A stretch of 32,000 bases of DNA from Micrococcus luteus NCTC 2665. Lineage in GTDB: Bacteria; Actinomycetota; Actinomycetes; Actinomycetales; Micrococcaceae. Position numbers and translations under genes: made by a program. The notes beneath the pieces are model-generated. The model was given only the letters and a program-made list of their open reading frames with translations, was not told where the DNA came from and made no database searches. The number at the start of each line of letters is the position of its first letter. Position 1 is the stretch's first letter. The stretch is from contig NC_012803.1 of NCBI RefSeq assembly GCF_000023205.1, positions 2,280,001-2,312,000 on the forward strand, written 5' to 3'. Shown here in pieces: positions 23,471 through 31,344 of the stretch.

Positions 23471-24473
23471 TGTAGGAGGTCATGACGTTGTTGACTCGGG
23501 CCGGGGCCAGTGAGGCCGGAGGAGCGTCTCCGCAGGAGGTATGAGGCCGATGGTAGTTGTAGTGGTTCACCCACACTGCCAACGCCTCACGCCGAGCTGT
23601 CTCTGAGGTATACGGGCGGGCGTAGAGGACCTCATCGACCATCAGCCGGTTGTAGCGTTCGACCTTCCCGTTATGGCGGGGCGTGTATGGGCGGATCCGG
23701 TGGTGCCGGCCCCCGAGCGAGACCACCTTGGCGGTGAACTCCGCGGCCCGATAGTTGTTCCCGTTGTCCGTGACCACCCGGTCCACGGTGATGCCGTGGG
23801 CGGCGAAGAACGCCCTCGCCCGGCAGAAGAACCCGATCGTGGTCACCGCTTTCTCATCCTCCAACGCCTCGGTGTACGCCAGGCGGGTGAACCCGTCGAT
23901 CGCCGAGTGCAGGTAGGTGTACCCGACCCGCCGGCCAGGCCCGCGCTTGGCTGCTCGCGCGTTCTCGGAGTCCCGTCCGTGAGCACGCCAGCCGCCCCCG
24001 TCAGGGATCTTCCCGATCTTCTTCACGTCCAGGTGCACCATGTGCCCCGGCCCTCTCGCGGTGATCTTCTGCGGTCGTTGGCGCAGGTCCTCACCCGTGG
24101 GCGCGAGGTCTGGCAACCGGGAGATGCCCAGCCGGTGCAGCCACCTGCCCACCGTTCGGAGGCACACCCGGTGGCCTTCAGAGACGAGGTGGTGATGGAT
24201 CCGGCGGGCCGACCACTTGCGCTCCCGCCGCAGGGCGTGGATCTGGGCGACCAGGACCGGATCGAGCTGGGCAGGTGAACGGTGCGGCCGGCTGGGCAGG
24301 TCCTGAAGACCGGCTTCTCCCTGGGCGCGGTAGCGGGCCACCCAGGTGGCCACCGTGGGGCGGCTGACGCGGAACTCGGCGGCCACGTGCGCTTGTGGGA
24401 TCCCGTCGTTCAGGTGGCGTTGGACCATCCTGAGACGGCCGGTGGGAGTCAGGGGTGCATTAGCGTGAGTCAT
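23466..24473 (-). CDS. IS481-family DDE transposase
   Basis: N-terminal HTH (MTHANAPLTPTGRLRMVQRHL...VSRPTVATWVARY). rve core with HLDVKK, VVTDNGNNY and NGKVERYN. The stop TAG lies in the left target duplication. Confidence 0.9.
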   Translation of the reverse strand: MTHANAPLTPTGRLRMVQRHLNDGIPQAHVAAEFRVSRPTVATWVARYRAQGEAGLQDLPSRPHRSPAQLDPVLVAQIHALRRERKWSARRIHHHLVSEGHRVCLRTVGRWLHRLGISRLPDLAPTGEDLRQRPQKITARGPGHMVHLDVKKIGKIPDGGGWRAHGRDSENARAAKRGPGRRVGYTYLHSAIDGFTRLAYTEALEDEKAVTTIGFFCRARAFFAAHGITVDRVVTDNGNNYRAAEFTAKVVSLGGRHHRIRPYTPRHNGKVERYNRLMVDEVLYARPYTSETARREALAVWVNHYNYHRPHTSCGDAPPASLAPARVNNVMTSYS

Positions 24474-24587
24474 GAGTGGGTCTCTTTTCGGGCAGGTGGG
24501 TGGTGTAGGAACTTCCATCCTGCGGGAGAGGCCCACTCGTCTCATCTCAGCCCGGCCCTCGTGCCAAGAACCTCATGCCCCACAACA
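23471..24587 (-). mobile_element. Complete IS481-family insertion sequence (1117 bp)
   Basis: Imperfect terminal inverted repeats start with TGT: left TGTAGGAGGTCATGACGTTGTTGACTCGGGCCGGG, and right (reverse complement) TGTTGTGGGGCATGAGGTTCTTGGCACGAGGGCCGGG. There is a single transposase ORF and a 6-bp CCTAGC direct repeat. Confidence 0.8.
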
Positions 24588-24593
24588 CCTAGC
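24588..24593. repeat. Target-site duplication CCTAGC (right copy), overlapping the ldh -10 box
   Basis: See the left copy. Confidence 0.75.
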
Positions 24594-24595
24594 CT
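24590..24595 (+). promoter_or_regulatory. -10 box TAGCCT, 7 nt upstream of the ldh ATG 24603 (leaderless promoter)
   Basis: ccTAGCCTgcgaggcATG. The sequence upstream of the box is now IS DNA. Confidence 0.5.
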
Positions 24596-24602
24596 GCGAG
24601 GC

Positions 24603-25589
24603 ATGAGCGAGCACACCCCCGTCCACTCCCCCGCGTCCCTCGGACCCGCCCACCGCAAGGTCGGCGTCGTGGGGGCCGGCGGCGTCGGCACGGCGATCTG
24701 CTACGCGACGCTGATCCGCGGCGTCGCCCGCGAGGTCGCCCTCTACGACATCGACGAGCCCAAGGTCCGCGCCGAGGTCCTCGACCTGGCCCACGGCACC
24801 CCGTTCACCTCTGCGTCCGCGATGACCGGCGGCGCGGACCCGGACGTCCTGGCCGGCTGCGAGGTCGTGGTGATCACGGCCGGCGCCAAGCAGAGGCCGG
24901 GGCAGACCCGCCTCGACCTCGGCGCGCACAACGTGGAGATCCTGCGCGGTCTGCTGCCCCAGGTGCAGGCGCACGCGCCGGACGCGCTGGTCGTGCTCGT
25001 CACCAATCCCGTGGACGTCCTCACGCTGGTGGCCCAGCGCCTCACCGGTCTGCCTGCCGGCCGGGTGATCGGCTCGGGCACCCTCCTGGACACGTCCCGC
25101 CTGCGGTGGCTGCTGGCGTCGCGGGCGCAGGTCCACGCGTCGTCGGTGCACGCGGCCATCCTCGGCGAGCACGGGGACACGGAGTTCCCCGCGTGGAGCT
25201 CGGCGCGCATCGGCCCGACGCCCATCCTGGAGTGGCCGACGCCGGCCGACCCGCTGTTCACCCGCGCCGACCTGGACGAGGTGGCGGACACCGTGGTGCA
25301 CGCCGAGTACGAGGTGATCCAGGGCAAGGGCGCCACCACCTACGCGGTCGGCGTGGCCACGACCCGCCTGCTCGAGGCGATCCTGCGCGACCAGCACGCC
25401 ATTCTGCCGGTCTCCACCGTGCTCGACGGCGTCCACGGGCTCTCGGACGTCGCCCTGTCCATGCCGTCCGTGGTGGGGCGCGACGGCGTCACCCGCGTGA
25501 TCCAGCCCGAGCTGGACGACGCGGAGATGCGGGCGCTGCACGCCTCGGCGGACGCGCTGCGGCGGGAGGCACGCAGCCTCGGGTTCTGA
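24603..25589 (+). CDS. ldh: L-lactate dehydrogenase
   Basis: KVGVVGAGGVGTA Rossmann motif, ITAGAKQRPGQTRLDL substrate loop, GEHGD catalytic His. The track ORF 24282..25589 is trimmed. Confidence 0.9.
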   Translation: MSEHTPVHSPASLGPAHRKVGVVGAGGVGTAICYATLIRGVAREVALYDIDEPKVRAEVLDLAHGTPFTSASAMTGGADPDVLAGCEVVVITAGAKQRPGQTRLDLGAHNVEILRGLLPQVQAHAPDALVVLVTNPVDVLTLVAQRLTGLPAGRVIGSGTLLDTSRLRWLLASRAQVHASSVHAAILGEHGDTEFPAWSSARIGPTPILEWPTPADPLFTRADLDEVADTVVHAEYEVIQGKGATTYAVGVATTRLLEAILRDQHAILPVSTVLDGVHGLSDVALSMPSVVGRDGVTRVIQPELDDAEMRALHASADALRREARSLGF

Positions 25590-25603
25590 GGCGCCGGCCT
25601 CAG
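25586..25603. terminator. 18-bp perfect palindrome CTGAGGC-gccg-GCCTCAG containing both convergent stop codons
   Basis: The TGA of ldh (25587-25589) and the TGA of the minus-strand gene (25602-25600) sit in opposite arms of the 7-bp stem. Confidence 0.45.
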
Positions 25604-26001
25604 GCGCGGGGGGCGTCGCCTCCGGTGCCGCCCTGCTCGCGGCGCTCCCGGGCGGCCTGGGCGCGGCGGTCGGCGGCGGCCTTGCGGAACATCTCCTCGG
25701 AGGACCGGTTCACGCCGGAGCCCTGGGAGAGGTGGTCCGGGTTCTCGCGCGCGGCGAGCTGCAGCATGGCCACCACCACGAGCGAGGTCATGAAGAAGAC
25801 GCCGAAGGCGATCAGCGCGATGTCGATGCGCAGCGGGTTCTGCGTGCCGCCGGAGGCCGTGATGCCGGCGATCACCCCGCCGATCACGCCGAGCACAGCG
25901 GAGAAGACCAGCGGGCCCTTGACCGTGGTGCGCAGACCGCCGCGTGCCGGGCGGCCGGATCCGGCGCGATCGGCGGACGGGCGGGGGGACGGTGCGCTCA
26001 C
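25600..26001 (-). CDS. Small membrane protein (two predicted TM helices), unknown function
   Basis: Hydrophobic segments LVFSAVLGVIGGVIAGI and IALIAFGVFFMTSLVVVAMLQL. GTG 26001 has SD caggag 7 nt upstream. Confidence 0.5.
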   Translation of the reverse strand: MSAPSPRPSADRAGSGRPARGGLRTTVKGPLVFSAVLGVIGGVIAGITASGGTQNPLRIDIALIAFGVFFMTSLVVVAMLQLAARENPDHLSQGSGVNRSSEEMFRKAAADRRAQAARERREQGGTGGDAPRA

Positions 26002-26191
26002 GGCGGGACTCCTGACGGCTGGGGGCGGCTGGGGCGGCACGGCCCGCGCAGGCGCCCGGGGCTGAGGCCCTCGGGGCGCGGCGGACCGGAGCCAGTCTAC
26101 GCGTCCGGTCGGCGGGTGGCCCCTCGAGGCCCCGAGGTCCTCCCCCGGCGAACGTCCGCCCCGCGGGTCAGGACGGCGACGTCGACCCGGT

Positions 26192-26773
26192 TCAGAGGCC
26201 CCTGGCCGTGCCGCGGTCGCGGCGCACCTCGTGGTGGAAGCCGAGCCCGGAGACCATCAGGAGCACCCCGATCAGGATCGCCCCGCCGCCGGCGATGCCG
26301 AGCAGGGCGTGCGGGCCGAAGCCCTGCAGGGCCGCCACGACCACCCCGCCCCCGGAGAGCAGGCCCACGAGCCCGGTCCACAGCTGGTCCCGCGCGGGGA
26401 TGAACTCGCGGCGGTGGCGGGCCCACGCCACGAGCTCGGCGACGCCGCCGAGCACGAGGGCGGCGCCGGCCGCCACGCCCACCGCGGCCGGGGACCCCAG
26501 GAACAGCAGCACGATCACGCCGAGCATCCACGCGGCCGCCGCCAGGGACAGCGGAGAGCGCATGGCCACGGGCACCGGGTCGCGGCGCAGGTACTCCCAC
26601 ATCGCCGAGCCGGAGAACGCCAGGTACAGCGCGAACATGACCTTCATCCACGTCAGGCCCGGCTCGGCGACGAACACGGTGGTCAGGCCGAACGCCAGCG
26701 CCACCACGGCGCGGATCAGGATCGGCTTGAACACCACGGACGAGATCTCGAGGGGGGTCTGCACGGTAGCCAC
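26192..26773 (-). CDS. Polytopic membrane protein, DUF308/HdeD-like
   Basis: About 6 hydrophobic helices in 193 aa, with Gly/Ala/Leu-rich repeats as in HdeD-like proteins. GTG start. Confidence 0.55.
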   Translation of the reverse strand: MATVQTPLEISSVVFKPILIRAVVALAFGLTTVFVAEPGLTWMKVMFALYLAFSGSAMWEYLRRDPVPVAMRSPLSLAAAAWMLGVIVLLFLGSPAAVGVAAGAALVLGGVAELVAWARHRREFIPARDQLWTGLVGLLSGGGVVVAALQGFGPHALLGIAGGGAILIGVLLMVSGLGFHHEVRRDRGTARGL

Positions 26774-26779
26774 CGCCCC

Positions 26780-26785
26780 AGTCTA
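26780..26785 (-). promoter_or_regulatory. -10 box TAGACT, 6 nt upstream of GTG 26773 (leaderless promoter)
   Basis: The minus strand reads ctccTAGACTggggcgGTG. This is the third copy of TCCTAGACTG. Confidence 0.5.
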
Positions 26786-26833
26786 GGAGCCGTGCGGCCG
26801 CGGCCCGGCCCGCGCGTCACCGCCCGGACGCGC

Positions 26834-28246
26834 TCACACGACGCCGAGCCGCATCCAGTCGTCGCGCCGGGCCCGCCACCCGAGGGTGAGCGCCCGCATC
26901 CCCATGTAGACCCCTGCGAAGCCGAGCCAGAGCAGGCCCAGCTGCACGCCGGCGTCGGGCACGGCGGCGTGCGGTCCGGGCCAGGCCGCGGTCCAGCCGA
27001 ACCCGCCCGTGGCGAGCTGCGCGAGCACCCAGAGCGCCGGCGCGTAGACCACGAGGTTCACGAGGCCGGCGAGGGCGAGGTAGCGGGCGTCGCCGGCGCC
27101 GATCAGCACGCCGTCCAGCACGAACACGTAGCCGGCCACCGGCTGCCCGGCGGCCAGCACCCACAGGCCCACGGTGGCGGCGGCCTGCACGGTCGGGTCC
27201 GTGGTGAACAGCCCCGGCAGCACCGGTGCCGCCAGGGCCAGCACGGCCCCGGTCACGACGCCGAAGCCCAGCCCCCAGCGCACCATCGTCCGGGTGAGGC
27301 GACGGGCGGCGTCCGGTCGGGCGGCCCCGAGCTCGGCGCCGATCAGGGCCTGCGCGGCGATCGCGAGGGCGTCGAGGGCGAACGCCAGCGTGGAGAACAG
27401 CGTGAAGACGAGCTGGTGCGCGGCGAGGGTGAGGTCGCCCGCGCCGGCGGCGGCCATGACGGTGATGAGGATGGCCGCGCGCAGGCTCGCGGTGCGTAGC
27501 AGCAGCCACGAGCCCACCTGGGCCGTGGCCCGCATGCCCGACGCGCGGGGCGCCCACGCCGTGCCCGAGCGGCGGAAGCGCGGGGCCAGCACGAACAGGT
27601 ACGTCACGAGCATCGCCCACTGCACCACGGACGTGCCGACGGCCGAGCCGGCCACGCCCCAGCCCAGCCCGTACACCAGGGCCACGTTCAGCCCGATGTT
27701 CGCGCCGAAGCCCACACCCGCCACCACGAGCGGCGTCACGGTGTCCTGGAGGCCGCGGAGCACCCCGGTGGCCGCGAGCACGGCCAGCAGGGCCGGCAGC
27801 CCCGGCATGGACCAGCGCAGGTAGGCGACGGCGTGGGCCTGCACCTCGCCCGTCGCGCCGAGGGCCGCCGTCAGCGCGGGGGCCGCGAGCCAGCCGAGGA
27901 CGGCCAGCACCGCGCCGAGCAGCAGGCCCAGCCAGATCCCGTCGCGGCCGCGGTCCATCGCGGCGGCCGGGTTCCCCGCCCCGATCAGCCGGGCCACCGC
28001 CGGGGTGGTGGCGTAGGCCAGGAAGATCATGAGGCCGGTGAGCGTGTGCAGGATGGTGGTGCCGATCCCGACGCCGGCCAGCTGGGCCGTGCCCAGGTGC
28101 CCGATGATCGCGGTGTCGGCCAGCAGGAACAGCGGCTCCGCGATGAGCGCGCCGAACGCGGGGACCGCGAGCGCGAGGATGCGCCGCGTGAGGGCGCGCG
28201 CGTCCTGCGGGGCGGGCGCCGCCGTCGAGCCGGAGGGTCCCGCCAT
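26834..28246 (-). CDS. MATE-family efflux transporter (DinF-like)
   Basis: 12-TM-like profile. The N-terminus ILALAVPAFGALIAEPLFLLADTAIIGHLG is typical of MATE. The start lies 1 nt after the upstream stop. Confidence 0.9.
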   Translation of the reverse strand: MAGPSGSTAAPAPQDARALTRRILALAVPAFGALIAEPLFLLADTAIIGHLGTAQLAGVGIGTTILHTLTGLMIFLAYATTPAVARLIGAGNPAAAMDRGRDGIWLGLLLGAVLAVLGWLAAPALTAALGATGEVQAHAVAYLRWSMPGLPALLAVLAATGVLRGLQDTVTPLVVAGVGFGANIGLNVALVYGLGWGVAGSAVGTSVVQWAMLVTYLFVLAPRFRRSGTAWAPRASGMRATAQVGSWLLLRTASLRAAILITVMAAAGAGDLTLAAHQLVFTLFSTLAFALDALAIAAQALIGAELGAARPDAARRLTRTMVRWGLGFGVVTGAVLALAAPVLPGLFTTDPTVQAAATVGLWVLAAGQPVAGYVFVLDGVLIGAGDARYLALAGLVNLVVYAPALWVLAQLATGGFGWTAAWPGPHAAVPDAGVQLGLLWLGFAGVYMGMRALTLGWRARRDDWMRLGVV

Positions 28247-28247
28247 G

Positions 28248-29201
28248 TCAGCCCAGCAGGGCCAGCAGCGGGGCCAGCGCCGTGGTCGGGGCCGTGGGCT
28301 CGGGCAGCGTGTCCGGCAGCAGGGGGGCCACGAGGTAGAGCATCGCGATGGCGATGCCGTTGTTCACCATGTGCAGCAGCACCGCGTACCCGAACGAGCG
28401 GCCCATCAGGATGTAGGACACCGTGATCGCCACCGCGAGGGTCAGGTACGGGACGGTCTCCACGAGCCGGAAGTCGCCGCCGGTGCCGAGGAAGTGCAGG
28501 AGTGTGAACGCGAGCACGGAGACCACGGCGCACACCCACACGTTGATCCAGCGGGAGAGCTTGCCGATCAGCAGGTGGCGGAACAGGTACTCCTCCACGA
28601 GCGGGGCGGCCACCACGGTCATGAGGATCATGAGCACGGGCGGGGCCTGCGTGGTCATCTCCTCGAGCGCGGCCTGGTTGGCGCTGGTCTGCGCCTCCCC
28701 GATGAGGCTCAGCACGATCACGTTCACGACGATGCACGCCAGCCACGTGGCGGGCAGCAGCAACAGCTTCCACCACGTGCCCGTGCGGAACACCCGCAGC
28801 GACGTCACGAGCGGGCGCCAGGCCACGGCCAGCACGAGCACCACGAGGATCGCGTAGCTGACGATGTTCACCGTGAACCCGTCGCGGACCAGGTCGAACG
28901 CCTCGAGGTCACCGGGGACCAGGCCGAGCGACACCGCCAGCCACAGCCCCAGCCCGAGCACCATGAGCGCCACGTACACGAGCACCACGACGGCGTCGCC
29001 CCAGTGGAACCGACCCGGGGTCCAGTCCGGCGCGGGGCGGGCCGCGGGCCGGCGGCCGGGCCAGCCGGCGGGGACGCCACCGGGGGCGCCGGGGTGCCCG
29101 TGCAGGCTCGGGGCGACGGCGGCGCGGCGGGCGGACGGCCGGCCCGACGGCGGCCAGCCGGCGGGCGGACCGGCCGGCGGGCCAGAGGGAGGAACGCTCA
29201 T
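28248..29201 (-). CDS. CPBP-family intramembrane glutamic endopeptidase (CAAX protease/Abi type) with a Pro/Gly-rich N-terminal region
   Basis: Motifs EEYLFRH (EExxxR), FTLLHF (FxxxH) and HMVNN (HxxxN). Confidence 0.85.
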   Translation of the reverse strand: MSVPPSGPPAGPPAGWPPSGRPSARRAAVAPSLHGHPGAPGGVPAGWPGRRPAARPAPDWTPGRFHWGDAVVVLVYVALMVLGLGLWLAVSLGLVPGDLEAFDLVRDGFTVNIVSYAILVVLVLAVAWRPLVTSLRVFRTGTWWKLLLLPATWLACIVVNVIVLSLIGEAQTSANQAALEEMTTQAPPVLMILMTVVAAPLVEEYLFRHLLIGKLSRWINVWVCAVVSVLAFTLLHFLGTGGDFRLVETVPYLTLAVAITVSYILMGRSFGYAVLLHMVNNGIAIAMLYLVAPLLPDTLPEPTAPTTALAPLLALLG

Positions 29202-29208
29202 GGCGGCC

Positions 29209-29214
29209 ACGCTA
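29209..29214 (-). promoter_or_regulatory. -10 box TAGCGT, 7 nt upstream of ATG 29201 (leaderless promoter)
   Basis: The minus strand reads ggTAGCGTggccgccATG. Confidence 0.45.
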
Positions 29215-29331
29215 CCAACGGGGGCGGACGCGCCAGGCCGCGGGCGCCGTCGTCGGGAGCGGCTCCGTGGCCCACGCCACGCCCGCGCGCCCGCGACACG
29301 CGCGCGGTGGCGGCGGACCGAACGCCTCGTC

Positions 29332-29337
29332 TACGGT
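29332..29337 (+). promoter_or_regulatory. -10 box TACGGT, 7 nt upstream of ATG 29345 (leaderless promoter)
   Basis: cTACGGTgctccccATG. Confidence 0.45.
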
Positions 29338-29344
29338 GCTCCCC

Positions 29345-29758
29345 ATGGCCTTGTTCTCCCAGCCGGTGTTCATCAACCTCCCGACGACGGACACCGAGCG
29401 GATCCGTGAGTTCTGGACGACCCTGGGCGCCACCGCAATGGACGACTACTCGGACGAGCACTCGGTGTGCATCGAGCTCACCGAGTCGACGTACGCGATG
29501 TACCTCAGCCCCGGCTACTACACCGACTTCATCGGCAACCGTGAGATCGCCGACTGCCTCACCACCAACTCCGCCCTCATGGCGCTGACCGTCGGCGACG
29601 CCGCGGCGGTGGACGCCCTGGCGGACCGGGCGATCGAGCTCGGCGCCGCCGAGGTGCCCCTGCCCGAGGACCTGCGCGAGGAGATGGCCGACTCCGGCAT
29701 GCACTCCCGCGAGATCGTCGACCCGGACGGGCACCAGTGGGAGTTCATCACCGCCTGA
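29345..29758 (+). CDS. VOC (glyoxalase/bleomycin-resistance fold) family protein
   Basis: 137 aa. It begins FINLPTTD..R...F and ends REIVDPDGHQWEF, typical of small VOC proteins. The track ORF is trimmed to ATG 29345. Confidence 0.7.
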   Translation: MALFSQPVFINLPTTDTERIREFWTTLGATAMDDYSDEHSVCIELTESTYAMYLSPGYYTDFIGNREIADCLTTNSALMALTVGDAAAVDALADRAIELGAAEVPLPEDLREEMADSGMHSREIVDPDGHQWEFITA

Positions 29759-29772
29759 GCCCGCCGGCTCAG
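29755..29772. terminator. 18-bp perfect palindrome CTGAGCC-cgcc-GGCTCAG containing both convergent stop codons
   Basis: Same architecture as 25586-25603. TGA 29756-29758 (+) and TGA 29771-29769 (-) lie in the stem arms. Confidence 0.45.
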
Positions 29773-31286
29773 GTGCCGAGCCGCCCGGTGAGGCGCGCGT
29801 GCATCGCCGCGGAGGCCTCGTTCAGCCCCGTCACCTCGGCGTGGATCCCGTGCTGGGCGTACTTGGTCAGCACCGAGTCGAGCGCGGCCACAGTGGAGGC
29901 GTCCCACACGTGCGCGGCACCCATGTCGATCACGACGCACGGCGGATCGAGGGCGTACTCGAACTGCGAGTAGAGGTCGTTCGATGACGCGAAGAACAGG
30001 GCGCCGTGCACGCGATACGTGACGGCGCCGCCGTCGTCGTGGACCTCGCGGGCCACCGTGACCAGACGCGAGACGCGCTGGGCGAAGAGCACCAGCGCAG
30101 TGAGCACACCCACACCCACGCCGATCGCGAGGTTGTGAGTGAGCACCGTGGCCGCCACGGTCACGGCCATGACGGCGGTCTCCGAGCGCGGCATCGCGCG
30201 CAGGGTGGCGGGGCGCACCGAGTGCCAGTCGAAGGTCGCGGCGGCCACGAACATCATCACGCCCACGAGCGCGGCCATGGGGATCTGCGCCACGAAGCCG
30301 CCGAAGGCCACCACGAGCACCAGCAGGAACACGCCCGCGAGGAACGTGGAGATCCGGGTGCGGGCGCCGTTCGCCTTGACGTTCATCATGGTCTGCCCCA
30401 CCACCGCGCAGCCGCCCATGCCGCCGAACAACCCCGAGACCACGTTCGCGACCCCCTGCCCCCAGGACTCGCGCGTCTTGTCCGAGCGGGTGTCGGTGAT
30501 GTCGTCCACGAGCTTCGCGGTGAGCAGGGACTCGAGCAACCCCACGAACGCGATGCCGACGCTGAACGGCAGGATCAACCGGAGGGTCTCCCACGTCAGC
30601 GGGACGTCCGGCGGGCCGAGCACGGGCAGCGCATCCGGCAGCGCGCCCCGGTCCCCCACGCGCGGCACGGCCAGGCCGGCGGCCATCACCAGGGCGGTGA
30701 CCACGACGACGGCCACGAGCGTCGCAGGCACCGCAGTGGTGAGCCGCGGCAACAGCACCACGATCGCCAGGGCCAACGCCGTGAGCGGGTACACGAGCCA
30801 CGGGACGCCGATCAGCTCGGGCAGCTGCGAGGTGAACACGAGGATGGCCAGGGCGTTGACGAACCCCACCATCACCGAGCGCGGGACGAACCGCATGAGC
30901 CGGGCCACCCCGAACACGCCGAGCAGGATCTGGATGACGCCGCCGAGGATGATCGCGGCGAGCAGGTGCCCCACCCCGTGCTCGTGGGACAGCGGCGCGA
31001 CGACCAGCGCCACCGCCCCCGTGGCCGCGGAGATCATGGCGGGGCGGCCGCCCACGATCGCGGTGGTGACGGCCATGGTGAAGGACGCGAACAGCCCGAC
31101 GCGCGGATCCACGCCCGCGATGATCGAGAACGCGATGGCCTCCGGGATGAGCGCCAGCGCCACCACGAGGCCCGCGAGGACCTCGGTGCGCAGCCAGCGC
31201 GGGGTGCGGAGCGTGCGCAGGACGGACTGGCGTTCCAGGGGCGTGGGCGCGCGGTCGGGCGCGGCCACGGAGGCGGAGGAGGGCAT
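29769..31286 (-). CDS. SulP-family anion transporter with a C-terminal STAS domain
   Basis: LIPEAIAFSIIAGV, multiple TM segments, and STAS-like C-terminus YRVHGALFFASSNDL...VVIDMGAAHVWDASTVAALD. Confidence 0.9.
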   Translation of the reverse strand: MPSSASVAAPDRAPTPLERQSVLRTLRTPRWLRTEVLAGLVVALALIPEAIAFSIIAGVDPRVGLFASFTMAVTTAIVGGRPAMISAATGAVALVVAPLSHEHGVGHLLAAIILGGVIQILLGVFGVARLMRFVPRSVMVGFVNALAILVFTSQLPELIGVPWLVYPLTALALAIVVLLPRLTTAVPATLVAVVVVTALVMAAGLAVPRVGDRGALPDALPVLGPPDVPLTWETLRLILPFSVGIAFVGLLESLLTAKLVDDITDTRSDKTRESWGQGVANVVSGLFGGMGGCAVVGQTMMNVKANGARTRISTFLAGVFLLVLVVAFGGFVAQIPMAALVGVMMFVAAATFDWHSVRPATLRAMPRSETAVMAVTVAATVLTHNLAIGVGVGVLTALVLFAQRVSRLVTVAREVHDDGGAVTYRVHGALFFASSNDLYSQFEYALDPPCVVIDMGAAHVWDASTVAALDSVLTKYAQHGIHAEVTGLNEASAAMHARLTGRLGT

Positions 31287-31292
31287 GCGTCG

Positions 31293-31298
31293 AGGGTA
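31293..31298 (-). promoter_or_regulatory. -10 box TACCCT, 6 nt upstream of ATG 31286 (leaderless promoter)
   Basis: The minus strand reads gcTACCCTcgacgcATG. Confidence 0.45.
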
Positions 31299-31344
31299 GC
31301 GGCGGCCCCGGACGCGGCAGGCGCGGACGACGCGGAGCGTGCAC

